Source of the DNA: Gemmatimonadaceae bacterium
GTDB lineage: Bacteria; Gemmatimonadota; Gemmatimonadetes; Gemmatimonadales; Gemmatimonadaceae
Length of the DNA: 42,909 bases
Assembly (NCBI GenBank): GCA_033763905.1
Contig: JANRJP010000104.1
Coordinates: 1 to 42,909 of the forward strand
Reading direction: 5' to 3'
This document shows, in pieces, positions 34,906 through 42,909 of this stretch; positions within the stretch are counted from its first letter, which is position 1; every line of letters starts with the position of its first letter. A program made the translations under genes and the position numbers. The notes under the pieces are model-generated. The model saw nothing but the letters and a program-made list of their open reading frames with translations, had not been told where the DNA came from and searched no databases.

Positions 34906-35954
34906 TGGGCAAGCCCCTGCCGGCACTGAGTCTGGTGCAGCTGACGTTGGTGCGGATTCGCGAGTTCGTGCGCGAGCCCGAGGCGATGTTCTGGTCGTTC
35001 GGCTTTCCGCTGCTGCTGGCGGCGGGCTTGGGCCTCGCCTTCCGTTCGCGCCCACCAGAGACCCTGCGCGTCGCGGTCGTCCGCGCGTCGGCGTCGGATT
35101 CGATCGAGCGCGTCCTCGAACAGGGTGGCGGCTTGGTCGTGGACGTGCTCGACGATTCCACGGCGCTGCGACGCTTGCGCACCGGGCAAGTGGCGCTGGT
35201 AGCAACGCGCCAGCCGGACGGCACGCTGTCGTACGATTTCGACCCCGACCGGCCCGACAGTCGCGCTGCGCGGTTTCTGGTGAACGATGCGTTGCAACGC
35301 GCCGCCGGTCGCGCCGACCCGCTCCCGATTACCGAGCGCAAGGTGCAGGAGCGCGGCTCGCGCTACATCGACTTCTTCATTCCCGGCCTGCTCGGGATGA
35401 ATCTGATGTCGAGCGGGATTTGGGGCATTGCGTTCTCGGTCGTGACGGCACGCAACCGCAAGCTGCTCAAGCGGCTCGCGGCCACGCCGATGTCACGCGC
35501 CGAGTATCTCGCGAGCTATCTGCTGTCGCGACTCGCATTTCTCACCGTGGAAGTGCTGGTGATCGTCGGCTTTGGCGCGCTGGTATTCAACGTGCCGGTG
35601 CGCGGCAGCATTGCGGTGTTCTCGCTGATTGTCTTGCTGGGCGCGCTGGCCTTCAGCGGGCTCGGGCTGTTGGTGTCGTCGCGGGTGGCCACGATCGAGG
35701 CCGTGAGCGGACTCACCAACCTGGTGATGCTGCCGCAGTGGATTTTCAGCGGCGTGTTCTTCTCGTCGAAGAACTTCCCGGATGTGCTGCAGCCGTTCAT
35801 CAGCGTGCTGCCGCTGACGGCGGTGGTGGATGCCCTGCGCGGCAACTTGCTGATGGGGAGCGGGTTGGTGGAATTGGCGCCGCATCTGGCGGTCATTGCC
35901 GTGTGGGCAGCCGTGGCCTTCGTGGTCGCCCTTCGGATGTTCCGGTGGCGATAG
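34905..35954 (+). CDS. ABC-2 type permease
   Basis: REPEAMFWSFGFPL, YIDFFIPG, LKRLAATP, FSGVFF, LPLT. TGATG coupling to the ATPase gene. Confidence 0.9.
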   Translation: MGKPLPALSLVQLTLVRIREFVREPEAMFWSFGFPLLLAAGLGLAFRSRPPETLRVAVVRASASDSIERVLEQGGGLVVDVLDDSTALRRLRTGQVALVATRQPDGTLSYDFDPDRPDSRAARFLVNDALQRAAGRADPLPITERKVQERGSRYIDFFIPGLLGMNLMSSGIWGIAFSVVTARNRKLLKRLAATPMSRAEYLASYLLSRLAFLTVEVLVIVGFGALVFNVPVRGSIAVFSLIVLLGALAFSGLGLLVSSRVATIEAVSGLTNLVMLPQWIFSGVFFSSKNFPDVLQPFISVLPLTAVVDALRGNLLMGSGLVELAPHLAVIAVWAAVAFVVALRMFRWR

Positions 35955-36913
35955 CGACCGCAGCGCCCTCGACCGCCCGAATCCTCGCGGCATTCGCCGC
36001 CGTCTACGTCATCTGGGGTTCGACGTATCTCGGCATTCGCGTCGGCATCGAGTCAGTGCCACCGTACGTGCTGGCCGGCACGCGCTTCGCCGCCTCGGCC
36101 GTGCTGATGACCGCGTACGCGCTGTGGCGTCGCGCGCCCGCCCCCGATGCGCGCGACCTGCGCACCGGCGTGCTGACCGGCCTGCTGATGCTCAGTGCCG
36201 GCAACGGGACCGTGACGTGGGCAACGCAGTTCGTGCCGTCGGGGCGCATTGCGCTGCTGGTGGCAACGACGCCCGTCTGGATGACGATCTTCGACTGGGC
36301 ACGACCCGCCGGGGTTCGTCCGTCCCTTGGCGAAGTCGCCGGCCTGTTGGTGGGGTTGTCGGGCGTGGCGTTGTTGATCGGCCCCGATGCGTGGAGCGGC
36401 GCGACCACGCCGGCGGCCCTGGGCGGGCAATTGCTCGCGCTGGTCGGCGCGTGCAGTTGGGCCGCAGGATCGCTGTTCACGCGCTACTCGGCCGGGCGGA
36501 CGACGGCGGCAATGCGCACGGCGCTGCAGATGTGGGTCGCGGCCGTCGTGCTGTCCGGTGTCGCGTTCCTGCGCGGCGAGTGGCAGGGCTTTGCGCTGGA
36601 CGACGTATCGCTGCGCTCGTGGGTCGCGTGGTGGTACCTGGTGTTGTTCGGCTCGTTGATCGGCTTCACGGCCTACGTCTGGCTGCTCAAGGTCGTCTCA
36701 CCGGCGAAGGCGGCGACCTACGCCTACGTCAACCCCGCCGTCGCGCTTGCGCTGGGCTGGGCGGTGGCGGGCGAGCCCCTGTCGACCCGCACGCTCGCGG
36801 CAAGCGCCGTCATCATTGGCGGCGTCGCGCTGGTCACGATCGCAAAGCGACCGACGCCACCGCCGGCGCCGAATCCGCACACCGACGAGTCGCCCATCTC
36901 CGAGGTCGCGTAG
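35945..36913 (+). CDS. EamA/DMT family transporter (YedA-like)
   Basis: AFAAVYVIWGSTYLGIR, LVLFGSLIGFTAY.WLL, YAYVNPAVA; about 10 TM. GTG 35945. Confidence 0.88.
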   Translation: MAIATAAPSTARILAAFAAVYVIWGSTYLGIRVGIESVPPYVLAGTRFAASAVLMTAYALWRRAPAPDARDLRTGVLTGLLMLSAGNGTVTWATQFVPSGRIALLVATTPVWMTIFDWARPAGVRPSLGEVAGLLVGLSGVALLIGPDAWSGATTPAALGGQLLALVGACSWAAGSLFTRYSAGRTTAAMRTALQMWVAAVVLSGVAFLRGEWQGFALDDVSLRSWVAWWYLVLFGSLIGFTAYVWLLKVVSPAKAATYAYVNPAVALALGWAVAGEPLSTRTLAASAVIIGGVALVTIAKRPTPPPAPNPHTDESPISEVA

Positions 36914-36916
36914 CCC

Positions 36917-37711
36917 GTGCGCATCTTTGCCGTGGATTGGAGCGGAGCGCGCGACGAAGCGGAGCAGCGCAAGAAGATCTGGATCGCCGAAGCGCGCGAC
37001 GGCCGCGTGATCCGCTTGGAGGCAGGCCGCACGCGCGACGAAGTCGCCGACTGGTTCATCCGCGAAGCCACGACGACGCCGGCGATGCGCATCGGCTTCG
37101 ACTTTGCCTTCGGCTTCCCGGCGTGGTTCGCGCGCCAGCACGGGTGCCAGACTGCGGTTGACGTGTGGCAGCTCGCGGCTCGCGAGGGCCACGCGTGGCT
37201 CGCCGACAGCCCCGAGCCATTCTGGGGACGCAACACTACACGCCCGGATCTCGGCGACCCCGCGCGTCATTGGCGCGCGGCCGACATCGACGTCGCGCCG
37301 GTCGCGGGCATTCGCCCCAAGTCCACGTTTCAGATCGGCGGCGCCGGCGCGGTGGGTACCGCAACCATTCGCGGGATGCGGACACTCCAGCAGCTGCACG
37401 CGGCGGGCATCGCCATCTGGCCGTTCGATGCACCCACCGTCGACAGACCGGCCGCATTCGAGATCTGGCCACGAACCCTGACCGGCCCGGTGGTGAAGTC
37501 CTCAACCCGTGAACGCATCGGCGTGCTTGGGCGATACGCCCAGTCGATTCCGAGCGGACCACGTGAGCTGGCTGCCAGTAGCGAAGATGCCTTCGATGCC
37601 GCGATCGCGGCGCTTGCCCTCGACGCGCATCGCGACGCGCTCCTGCACCTGCCGGCCGCGCGCTCCGACGACGAGCGGCTCGAAGGGCGGATCTGGCTGC
37701 CGCCGCGCTAG
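36917..37711 (+). CDS. Hypothetical protein, DUF429-like (predicted RNase H-like fold)
   Basis: FAVDWSG, IGFDFAFGFP, FEIWP and DAFDA acidic motifs. Confidence 0.6.
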   Translation: MRIFAVDWSGARDEAEQRKKIWIAEARDGRVIRLEAGRTRDEVADWFIREATTTPAMRIGFDFAFGFPAWFARQHGCQTAVDVWQLAAREGHAWLADSPEPFWGRNTTRPDLGDPARHWRAADIDVAPVAGIRPKSTFQIGGAGAVGTATIRGMRTLQQLHAAGIAIWPFDAPTVDRPAAFEIWPRTLTGPVVKSSTRERIGVLGRYAQSIPSGPRELAASSEDAFDAAIAALALDAHRDALLHLPAARSDDERLEGRIWLPPR

Positions 37712-37726
37712 TTTGCCAGAGCGCTT

Positions 37727-39316
37727 ATGGCTGACTCCCGATCTGCTCCCACCGCACGCCGCGCCGCGCCGGAACACGAGGGCGCGGCCGTCGAGGCGCG
37801 CACCGATTCGCCGACGCCGCTCGATGCGGCCGATCCCGCTGCGGTCGAACGTGCGGATCTGCCGCCGGCGGAGTTCCGCGCCGCCGCCGAACGTCTGACG
37901 GCGTGGATCACGCGCTATCTGGAAGACCCGACGGCGTTTCCTGTGCGAGCGACGGTCGCACCCGGCGACGTGCGGCGCGCCTTGCCTGCCGCACCACCCG
38001 AGGCCGCCGAGTCGTTGCACGCGATTCTCGATGACATCGAGCGTGTCATCGTGCCGGGCCTCACGCACTGGAATCATCCCGGGTTCTTCAACTGGTTCGC
38101 CAACTCGGGCTCGATGCCGGGGGTGCTCGCCGAGTACCTCACGGCAGCACTGAACGTCAACGGTATGCTGTGGCGCGCCGCGCCGGCGGCGGTGGAGCTC
38201 GAACAGCTCTCGCTGGATTGGCTCCGGCAGTTGCTGGGCCTCGGTGCCGGATGGTTCGGCGAGATCCTCGACACGGCGTCCACGGCCGCGGTCCACGCCT
38301 TGGTGGCCGCACGCGAAGCCAAGCCCGAGCTCGCCATTCGCGCCCGCGGCATGTCGGGACGCCGCGACGTTCCCGTGCTGCGCATTTATGCCTCGGAGCA
38401 GGCACATTCGAGCATCGACAAGGCCGTGATCATCCTGGGGTTCGGCCACGAGAATCTCGTCAAGATTCCGGTGGACGACCTCGATCGGATGCGCGTTGAC
38501 GCGCTCGAAGCGGCGATCGCCGCCGATCGGGCGCAGGGCTATCTGCCCCTCGCCGTCGTCGCCACCATCGGCACGACCGGCACCACCGCGATCGACCCAG
38601 TCCCCGAGATCGCCGAAGTGGCGCGTGCCGCCGGGATGTGGTTGCACGTCGACGGTGCCTACGGTGGCGCCGCGGCGGCCGTCCCCGAATGGCGCGGTCT
38701 GCTCGACGGCGTCGATCTGGCGGATTCGTTCGTCGTCAATCCGCACAAGTGGCTCTTCGTCCCGATGGACTGCTCGGCGTTCTACGTCCGGCAGCCCGAC
38801 GTGCTCCGGCGCGCATTCTCGCTGGTGCCGGCGTATCTCAAGACCGACGACGGCGACGCGATCAACTTGATGGACTACGGCTTCCAACTCGGCCGCCGCT
38901 TTCGCGCGCTCAAGCTGTGGATGGTCATTCGGGCATACGGTGCCGACGGGATCGCCGAGCGCGTACGGCATCACGTGCGACTCGCGCGTGAGTTTGCATC
39001 GACCGTCGCGGCCGATCGCGGCTGGCGCGTCGTCACGCCGGTGCATTTCTCGCTCGCCGTGATTCGTTGGCAGCCCGAGGGGGTGTCCGATGCGGACGCC
39101 GATGCCGCCAACGCGCGCATTGCCGAGCGCGTGTCGGCCTCGGGTCGCGTGTTCCTCGGCACGACCATCCGGCGCGGTCGCACGGTGATTCGGCTCGCGA
39201 TCGGCAATCTTGGTACGCAGCGCGCCCACGTGGCGACCGCGTGGACCCTGCTGCAGGAGGCAGCGGCGGTGGAAGCGTCGGCACTGGGCATCACCGGCCC
39301 GACGCCGGTCGTGTGA
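37727..39316 (+). CDS. PLP-dependent group II decarboxylase (aromatic-L-amino-acid decarboxylase-like)
   Basis: THWNHPGFF, AHSSIDKA, WLHVDGAYGG, NPHKW (PLP Lys), RRFRALKLW. Confidence 0.92.
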   Translation: MADSRSAPTARRAAPEHEGAAVEARTDSPTPLDAADPAAVERADLPPAEFRAAAERLTAWITRYLEDPTAFPVRATVAPGDVRRALPAAPPEAAESLHAILDDIERVIVPGLTHWNHPGFFNWFANSGSMPGVLAEYLTAALNVNGMLWRAAPAAVELEQLSLDWLRQLLGLGAGWFGEILDTASTAAVHALVAAREAKPELAIRARGMSGRRDVPVLRIYASEQAHSSIDKAVIILGFGHENLVKIPVDDLDRMRVDALEAAIAADRAQGYLPLAVVATIGTTGTTAIDPVPEIAEVARAAGMWLHVDGAYGGAAAAVPEWRGLLDGVDLADSFVVNPHKWLFVPMDCSAFYVRQPDVLRRAFSLVPAYLKTDDGDAINLMDYGFQLGRRFRALKLWMVIRAYGADGIAERVRHHVRLAREFASTVAADRGWRVVTPVHFSLAVIRWQPEGVSDADADAANARIAERVSASGRVFLGTTIRRGRTVIRLAIGNLGTQRAHVATAWTLLQEAAAVEASALGITGPTPVV

Positions 39317-40518
39317 GCGACCAGCGCCCATCGGTCTGGCTCAGCCTCGGCGAGATCGCCGCGCAAGCGGATGAAGTCCGACGGACGCGTCCCAAGCTGG
39401 TGCTGGCGCTACTGGCCGCCGTAATTCTGCTCTCGCCGGTGTGGATGTGGTGGCTGCGACCTCCGACACGGGCGCGCGTCGTCATCTTAGACAAGACCGT
39501 CCCGCACGAAGACTGGCGCGAGCACGAGGCGTTCGCTTGGTGGCTCGAACACCGGCGCATCCGGCGTCTCGATGGTGTGGCGTACGATCCCACGCGTGAC
39601 TACGTGGGCTACCATCCGGATCGATCGTTTCGGGACTCACTCACGGCCGCTGACGTCGCGGATGCCGCGTTGATCTACCTCGCGGATACCTACGGTGTCT
39701 ATACCGGCGATTATCGCAACGCGTCGGCCGGCGACAGCGCCACGACCAGCCTCGACCGCTCGCGACTGATTTACGGCGGGCTGTTGCCACAGGAGATGGC
39801 GCACATCGCTGCGGCCCACGCCAACGGGGCCGTCGTCGTCGCCGAGTTCAACTCGTACGCCTCGCCGACGTGGGGGACTCCGACCGGCGCCGCGGCGGAA
39901 GCGTTCTTCGGCGCGCGACACGCGGGCTGGGTGGGGCGCTGGTACTCGAACCTCGGCAGCAACGAGGAGACCCCGCCGTGGATGCGAGACCAGTACGAGC
40001 GCTTCGCGCACGCGCCGTGGAGCTTCTCGGGCGAGGGTGTAGTCCTGGTCAGCGAGACCGACGACCGCATCGTGGTGTTGACCGGTGACGATCTCGCCGA
40101 GGGCCCGCCAGTGCTCTTGGAGCGCGATGTGGTGGACGACCCGGTGGTGCGCGGGGTGCACGACGGCACGCCGTATTGGTACTGGTTCGGCGGACTTGAT
40201 CCGCTGCCAAGCAGTCGCGTGCTCGCGTCATTCCGTTTGAACGTCACCGCGCGCGGTCGGGCGCAATTGGCCGCCGCGCGCTTCCCGGAGCGATTCGCGG
40301 CGGTGGTCGCACGACGCGAAGGCGCGCTACGCGTCACCATCGCCGGCGAGTTGGCCGACATCGGCGGACGGCCGCCGATGCTTCCACAGTCACGCGGCAT
40401 CGACGGCCTGCGGCGCTGGTGGGTACGGCGCGATTCGCCGCGTGGTGATACGCGGTATCTGCTGTGGAACGCGTCGATCCCGGTGTGGGATGGGGTCTGG
40501 GGCGAAGTTCGGCGGTAA
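39313..40518 (+). CDS. Hypothetical membrane-anchored protein
   Basis: GTG 39313 overlaps the upstream TGA. One TM (LVLALLAAVILLSPVWMWWL), then a soluble domain (ILDKTVP..REH, YLADTYGVY, AEFNS, WVGRWY). Confidence 0.7.
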   Translation: MSDQRPSVWLSLGEIAAQADEVRRTRPKLVLALLAAVILLSPVWMWWLRPPTRARVVILDKTVPHEDWREHEAFAWWLEHRRIRRLDGVAYDPTRDYVGYHPDRSFRDSLTAADVADAALIYLADTYGVYTGDYRNASAGDSATTSLDRSRLIYGGLLPQEMAHIAAAHANGAVVVAEFNSYASPTWGTPTGAAAEAFFGARHAGWVGRWYSNLGSNEETPPWMRDQYERFAHAPWSFSGEGVVLVSETDDRIVVLTGDDLAEGPPVLLERDVVDDPVVRGVHDGTPYWYWFGGLDPLPSSRVLASFRLNVTARGRAQLAAARFPERFAAVVARREGALRVTIAGELADIGGRPPMLPQSRGIDGLRRWWVRRDSPRGDTRYLLWNASIPVWDGVWGEVRR

Positions 40519-40533
40519 GGGCAACGACCATTC

Positions 40534-40638
40534 ACCACGAAGGCACGAAGGACACCAAGAAAATCAAAAGCGGGGTGGGGGGATCGCTCCCCTCCACCCC
40601 ACTCTTGTCGTTCTTCGTGCCCTTCGTGCCTTAGTGGT
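40534..40638. repeat. Nested palindromic intergenic element, copy 2
   Basis: Left arm accacgaaggcacgaaggacaccaaga; right arm tcttcgtgcccttcgtgccttagtggt identical to copy 1; inner hairpin ggggtgg-gggga-tcgc-tcccc-t-ccacccc. Lies between convergent genes. Confidence 0.9.
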
Positions 40639-40680
40639 ATAGAGCAGTTACGACGGCAAGCAGCCCCGACGCCAGCCCTC

Positions 40681-42909
40681 TCAATCCCCAGCAGCGAGCG
40701 CCGTCGGCACCGGGTGCTCCGCGGTCTTCTGCGTCACACTCAAGCCCACCAGTCGCGACAGCTTCGTCCGCCACTCGTCGAAGATCTCGTAAAAGGTCGG
40801 AATCACGACCAGCGTCAGCACGGTCGAGGTGATCGTGCCGCCGATGACCGCAATCCCGAGCGGCGCGCGGAACTGCGCCCCTTCGCCTCGGCCCAGCGCC
40901 ACCGGCACCATCCCGGCGATCAGCGCGAACGTCGTCATCAGAATCGGACGAAGACGAATCGCGCCCGCTTCGATCAGCGCTTCGCGAAGCCGCATCCCCT
41001 GCTTCTCACGCGCCCACTTGGCGAAGTCGATCAGCAGGATGGCGTTCTTGGCCACGATGCCGGCCAACAGAATCACGCCGATCATCGACATGATGTTGAT
41101 CGTCTGGCCGGTGATCGCCAACGCCACCATCACGCCGATCAGCGACAGCGGCAGCGAAATCAGAATGGCAATCGGGTCGAGGAACGAACCGAACTGCATC
41201 ACCAGAATCAGGTACATCAGCAGCACCGCCACGCCGAGCGCGGTGAGCATCTTGGTGAACACTTCGGCCTGATCCTTGGCCTCACCACCCTGCGAGGTCG
41301 TCACCGACGCCGGCTTGGGCAGCTTCGCCAGTCGTTGTTGAATGGCACCGACCACTTCGCTGAGCGGACGGGTCACGTTCGCCTGCACCACGACGACCTT
41401 GTCGCGGTCGAGGTGGCTGATGATCGCGGGCCCGAGCGACTGCTCGATCTTGGCGATCTGGCCGAGCGGAATCGTCGACGGCGGCGCCCCAGGGGCACTG
41501 ATCAGGAGCGGCAACTGCTCGAGATCGGTGGTCTTCGTGCGCGCGTCCGCGGCCAGGCGCACGCGCACTTCGCGCACTTCACCCGAGGGATCCACCCACG
41601 TGCCCGCCTTCACGCCGGCGAATGCGGGAAAGAGGGTATTCGCGATCGAGCCGACGGTGACACCGAGCGAACCAGCCAGACCGCGGTTGAGCTCGACGTT
41701 GAGTTCGGGCTTCTGCCCCTTGGTCGACAGGCCGACGTCGACCGCGCCGGGAATCTTCTTCACTTCTTCCTTTACCACCTCGGCGTAGGCGTTGAGCTCG
41801 GCGGCATCGCTGCCGCGCAGCTCCAACTGGATCTGCTTGCGACCGCCGCCGAAGTCCGACGAGAACACCGAGATGTCCGCGCCGCCGATCGACTTCACTT
41901 CTTCGCGGAGCGCGTTGGCGATCTCCTTCACATCGCGGGCGCGGTCGTTCTTGTTGGTGAGCTTCACGTAGATGCCTGCCGCCGTGACATCACCCGACGC
42001 CCCACCGATCGTGGTGTACGTGTAGAGCACTTCCGCCTTCGTGCGGGCCAGACGCGCGGCCTCCTCGGCCTTGAGACGCGTGTAGTCCAGGTTCGACCCC
42101 GGCGGCGTCTCGACGCTGATGTTCATTTCGGAGCGATCGTCTTCCGGCACGAAGCCGCCGCCAACCAAGCCGGTGGCAGGCAGCGCAATCGCCCCCACGA
42201 ACGATGCCAGCGCGAGCACGACCATCGACTTGCGGTGATCCAGCGCCCATGCAATCACTCGCTTGTAGCGCTCGGCCTGCCGGTTGAACCAGGCGTTGAA
42301 CTTGTCGAGCGCGCGCGTGATGAACCCCTTCTCGTGTTCGGCCAGATGCGGGTCGGGCCAGTAGGCCGAAAGCATCGGGTCCAACGAGAACGAGACGAAG
42401 AGCGAGACTGCCACCGAGCAAGCGATGGTCAGCGCGAACGGCTTGAACCACTGGCCGGCAATGCCGTAGATGAACGCGATCGGCACGAAGACGGCGATGA
42501 TCGACGACGTGGTGGCTGCCACCGCCAGGCCGATCTCATCGGTGCCGTCCTTGGATGCCGTGTAGTGGTCTTTCCCCATCTCCACGTGGCGCACGATGTT
42601 CTCGCGTACCACGATGGCGTCGTCGATCAGAATGCCGATCGCCAGCGACAGGCCGAGCAGTGACATCGTGTTCAGCGTGAAGCCGAACCACCACACCGCG
42701 ATGAAGCTCGCGAGCACCGACACCGGCAGGGCCAAACCGGTGATGACCGTCGAGCGCCAGCTGTTCAGGAAGAGGAACACCACCAACACCGTGAGCAGCG
42801 CGCCTTCGATGAGCGTGGCCTGCACGTTGGCGACGCTGGCGTCGACGCGCACGCCGGCGTCCTTCACGATGTCGAGCCGCACACCCGGCGGCAGCTTGGC
42901 CTTGATCTC
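40681..42909 (-). CDS. RND efflux transporter permease (AcrB/AcrD/AcrF family), 5' part outside the window
   Basis: GILIDDAIVVRENI, GIVAKNAILLIDF, RLRPILMTT, PLGIAVIGG. Frame open to the window end. Confidence 0.95.
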   Translation of the reverse strand, partial: EIKAKLPPGVRLDIVKDAGVRVDASVANVQATLIEGALLTVLVVFLFLNSWRSTVITGLALPVSVLASFIAVWWFGFTLNTMSLLGLSLAIGILIDDAIVVRENIVRHVEMGKDHYTASKDGTDEIGLAVAATTSSIIAVFVPIAFIYGIAGQWFKPFALTIACSVAVSLFVSFSLDPMLSAYWPDPHLAEHEKGFITRALDKFNAWFNRQAERYKRVIAWALDHRKSMVVLALASFVGAIALPATGLVGGGFVPEDDRSEMNISVETPPGSNLDYTRLKAEEAARLARTKAEVLYTYTTIGGASGDVTAAGIYVKLTNKNDRARDVKEIANALREEVKSIGGADISVFSSDFGGGRKQIQLELRGSDAAELNAYAEVVKEEVKKIPGAVDVGLSTKGQKPELNVELNRGLAGSLGVTVGSIANTLFPAFAGVKAGTWVDPSGEVREVRVRLAADARTKTTDLEQLPLLISAPGAPPSTIPLGQIAKIEQSLGPAIISHLDRDKVVVVQANVTRPLSEVVGAIQQRLAKLPKPASVTTSQGGEAKDQAEVFTKMLTALGVAVLLMYLILVMQFGSFLDPIAILISLPLSLIGVMVALAITGQTINIMSMIGVILLAGIVAKNAILLIDFAKWAREKQGMRLREALIEAGAIRLRPILMTTFALIAGMVPVALGRGEGAQFRAPLGIAVIGGTITSTVLTLVVIPTFYEIFDEWRTKLSRLVGLSVTQKTAEHPVPTALAAGD

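Noticed and set aside
36917..37711. Transposase or defence nuclease mobilising the palindromic elements
   Set aside because: Only generic acidic motifs; not flanked by the repeats and embedded in a metabolic gene run.
1..42909. Prophage, integrative element, rRNA or tRNA
   Set aside because: No integrase, phage, transposase or structural RNA signatures, and no obvious compositional island.

Overview
High-GC bacterial chromosomal window, most likely Gemmatimonadota (inferred from gene content, not proven). It has about 36 tightly packed CDSs, and I found no rRNA, tRNA, CRISPR array, transposase or integrase. Most genes are housekeeping, transport or metabolism: lepB, nfo, pruA, a groES-like gene, brxA/B, two ABC-2 exporters, an RND pump, peptidases, a Rieske oxygenase and a PLP decarboxylase. 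Two things stand out. (1) A translationally coupled five-gene minus-strand operon (6668 to <1) encodes a double-FHA protein, an Ig-repeat lipoprotein, a Zn-ribbon/Ser-Thr kinase/TM/PEGA protein, an exported helical/beta protein and a probable outer-membrane beta-barrel. This is a candidate uncharacterised trans-envelope phospho-signalling system. (2) Two copies of a ~105-bp nested palindromic element (11551-11656 and 40534-40638) have CACGAAG-triplet arms, a covarying inner hairpin and a conserved left flank that includes the upstream gene's TAA stop. Smaller oddities include an EE->KE change in an M20 peptidase active site, a REC-HisKA protein with no ATPase domain, an apparently exported RidA, an orphan GroES, and probable leaderless genes. 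All family calls come from motif recognition; no database searches were run.
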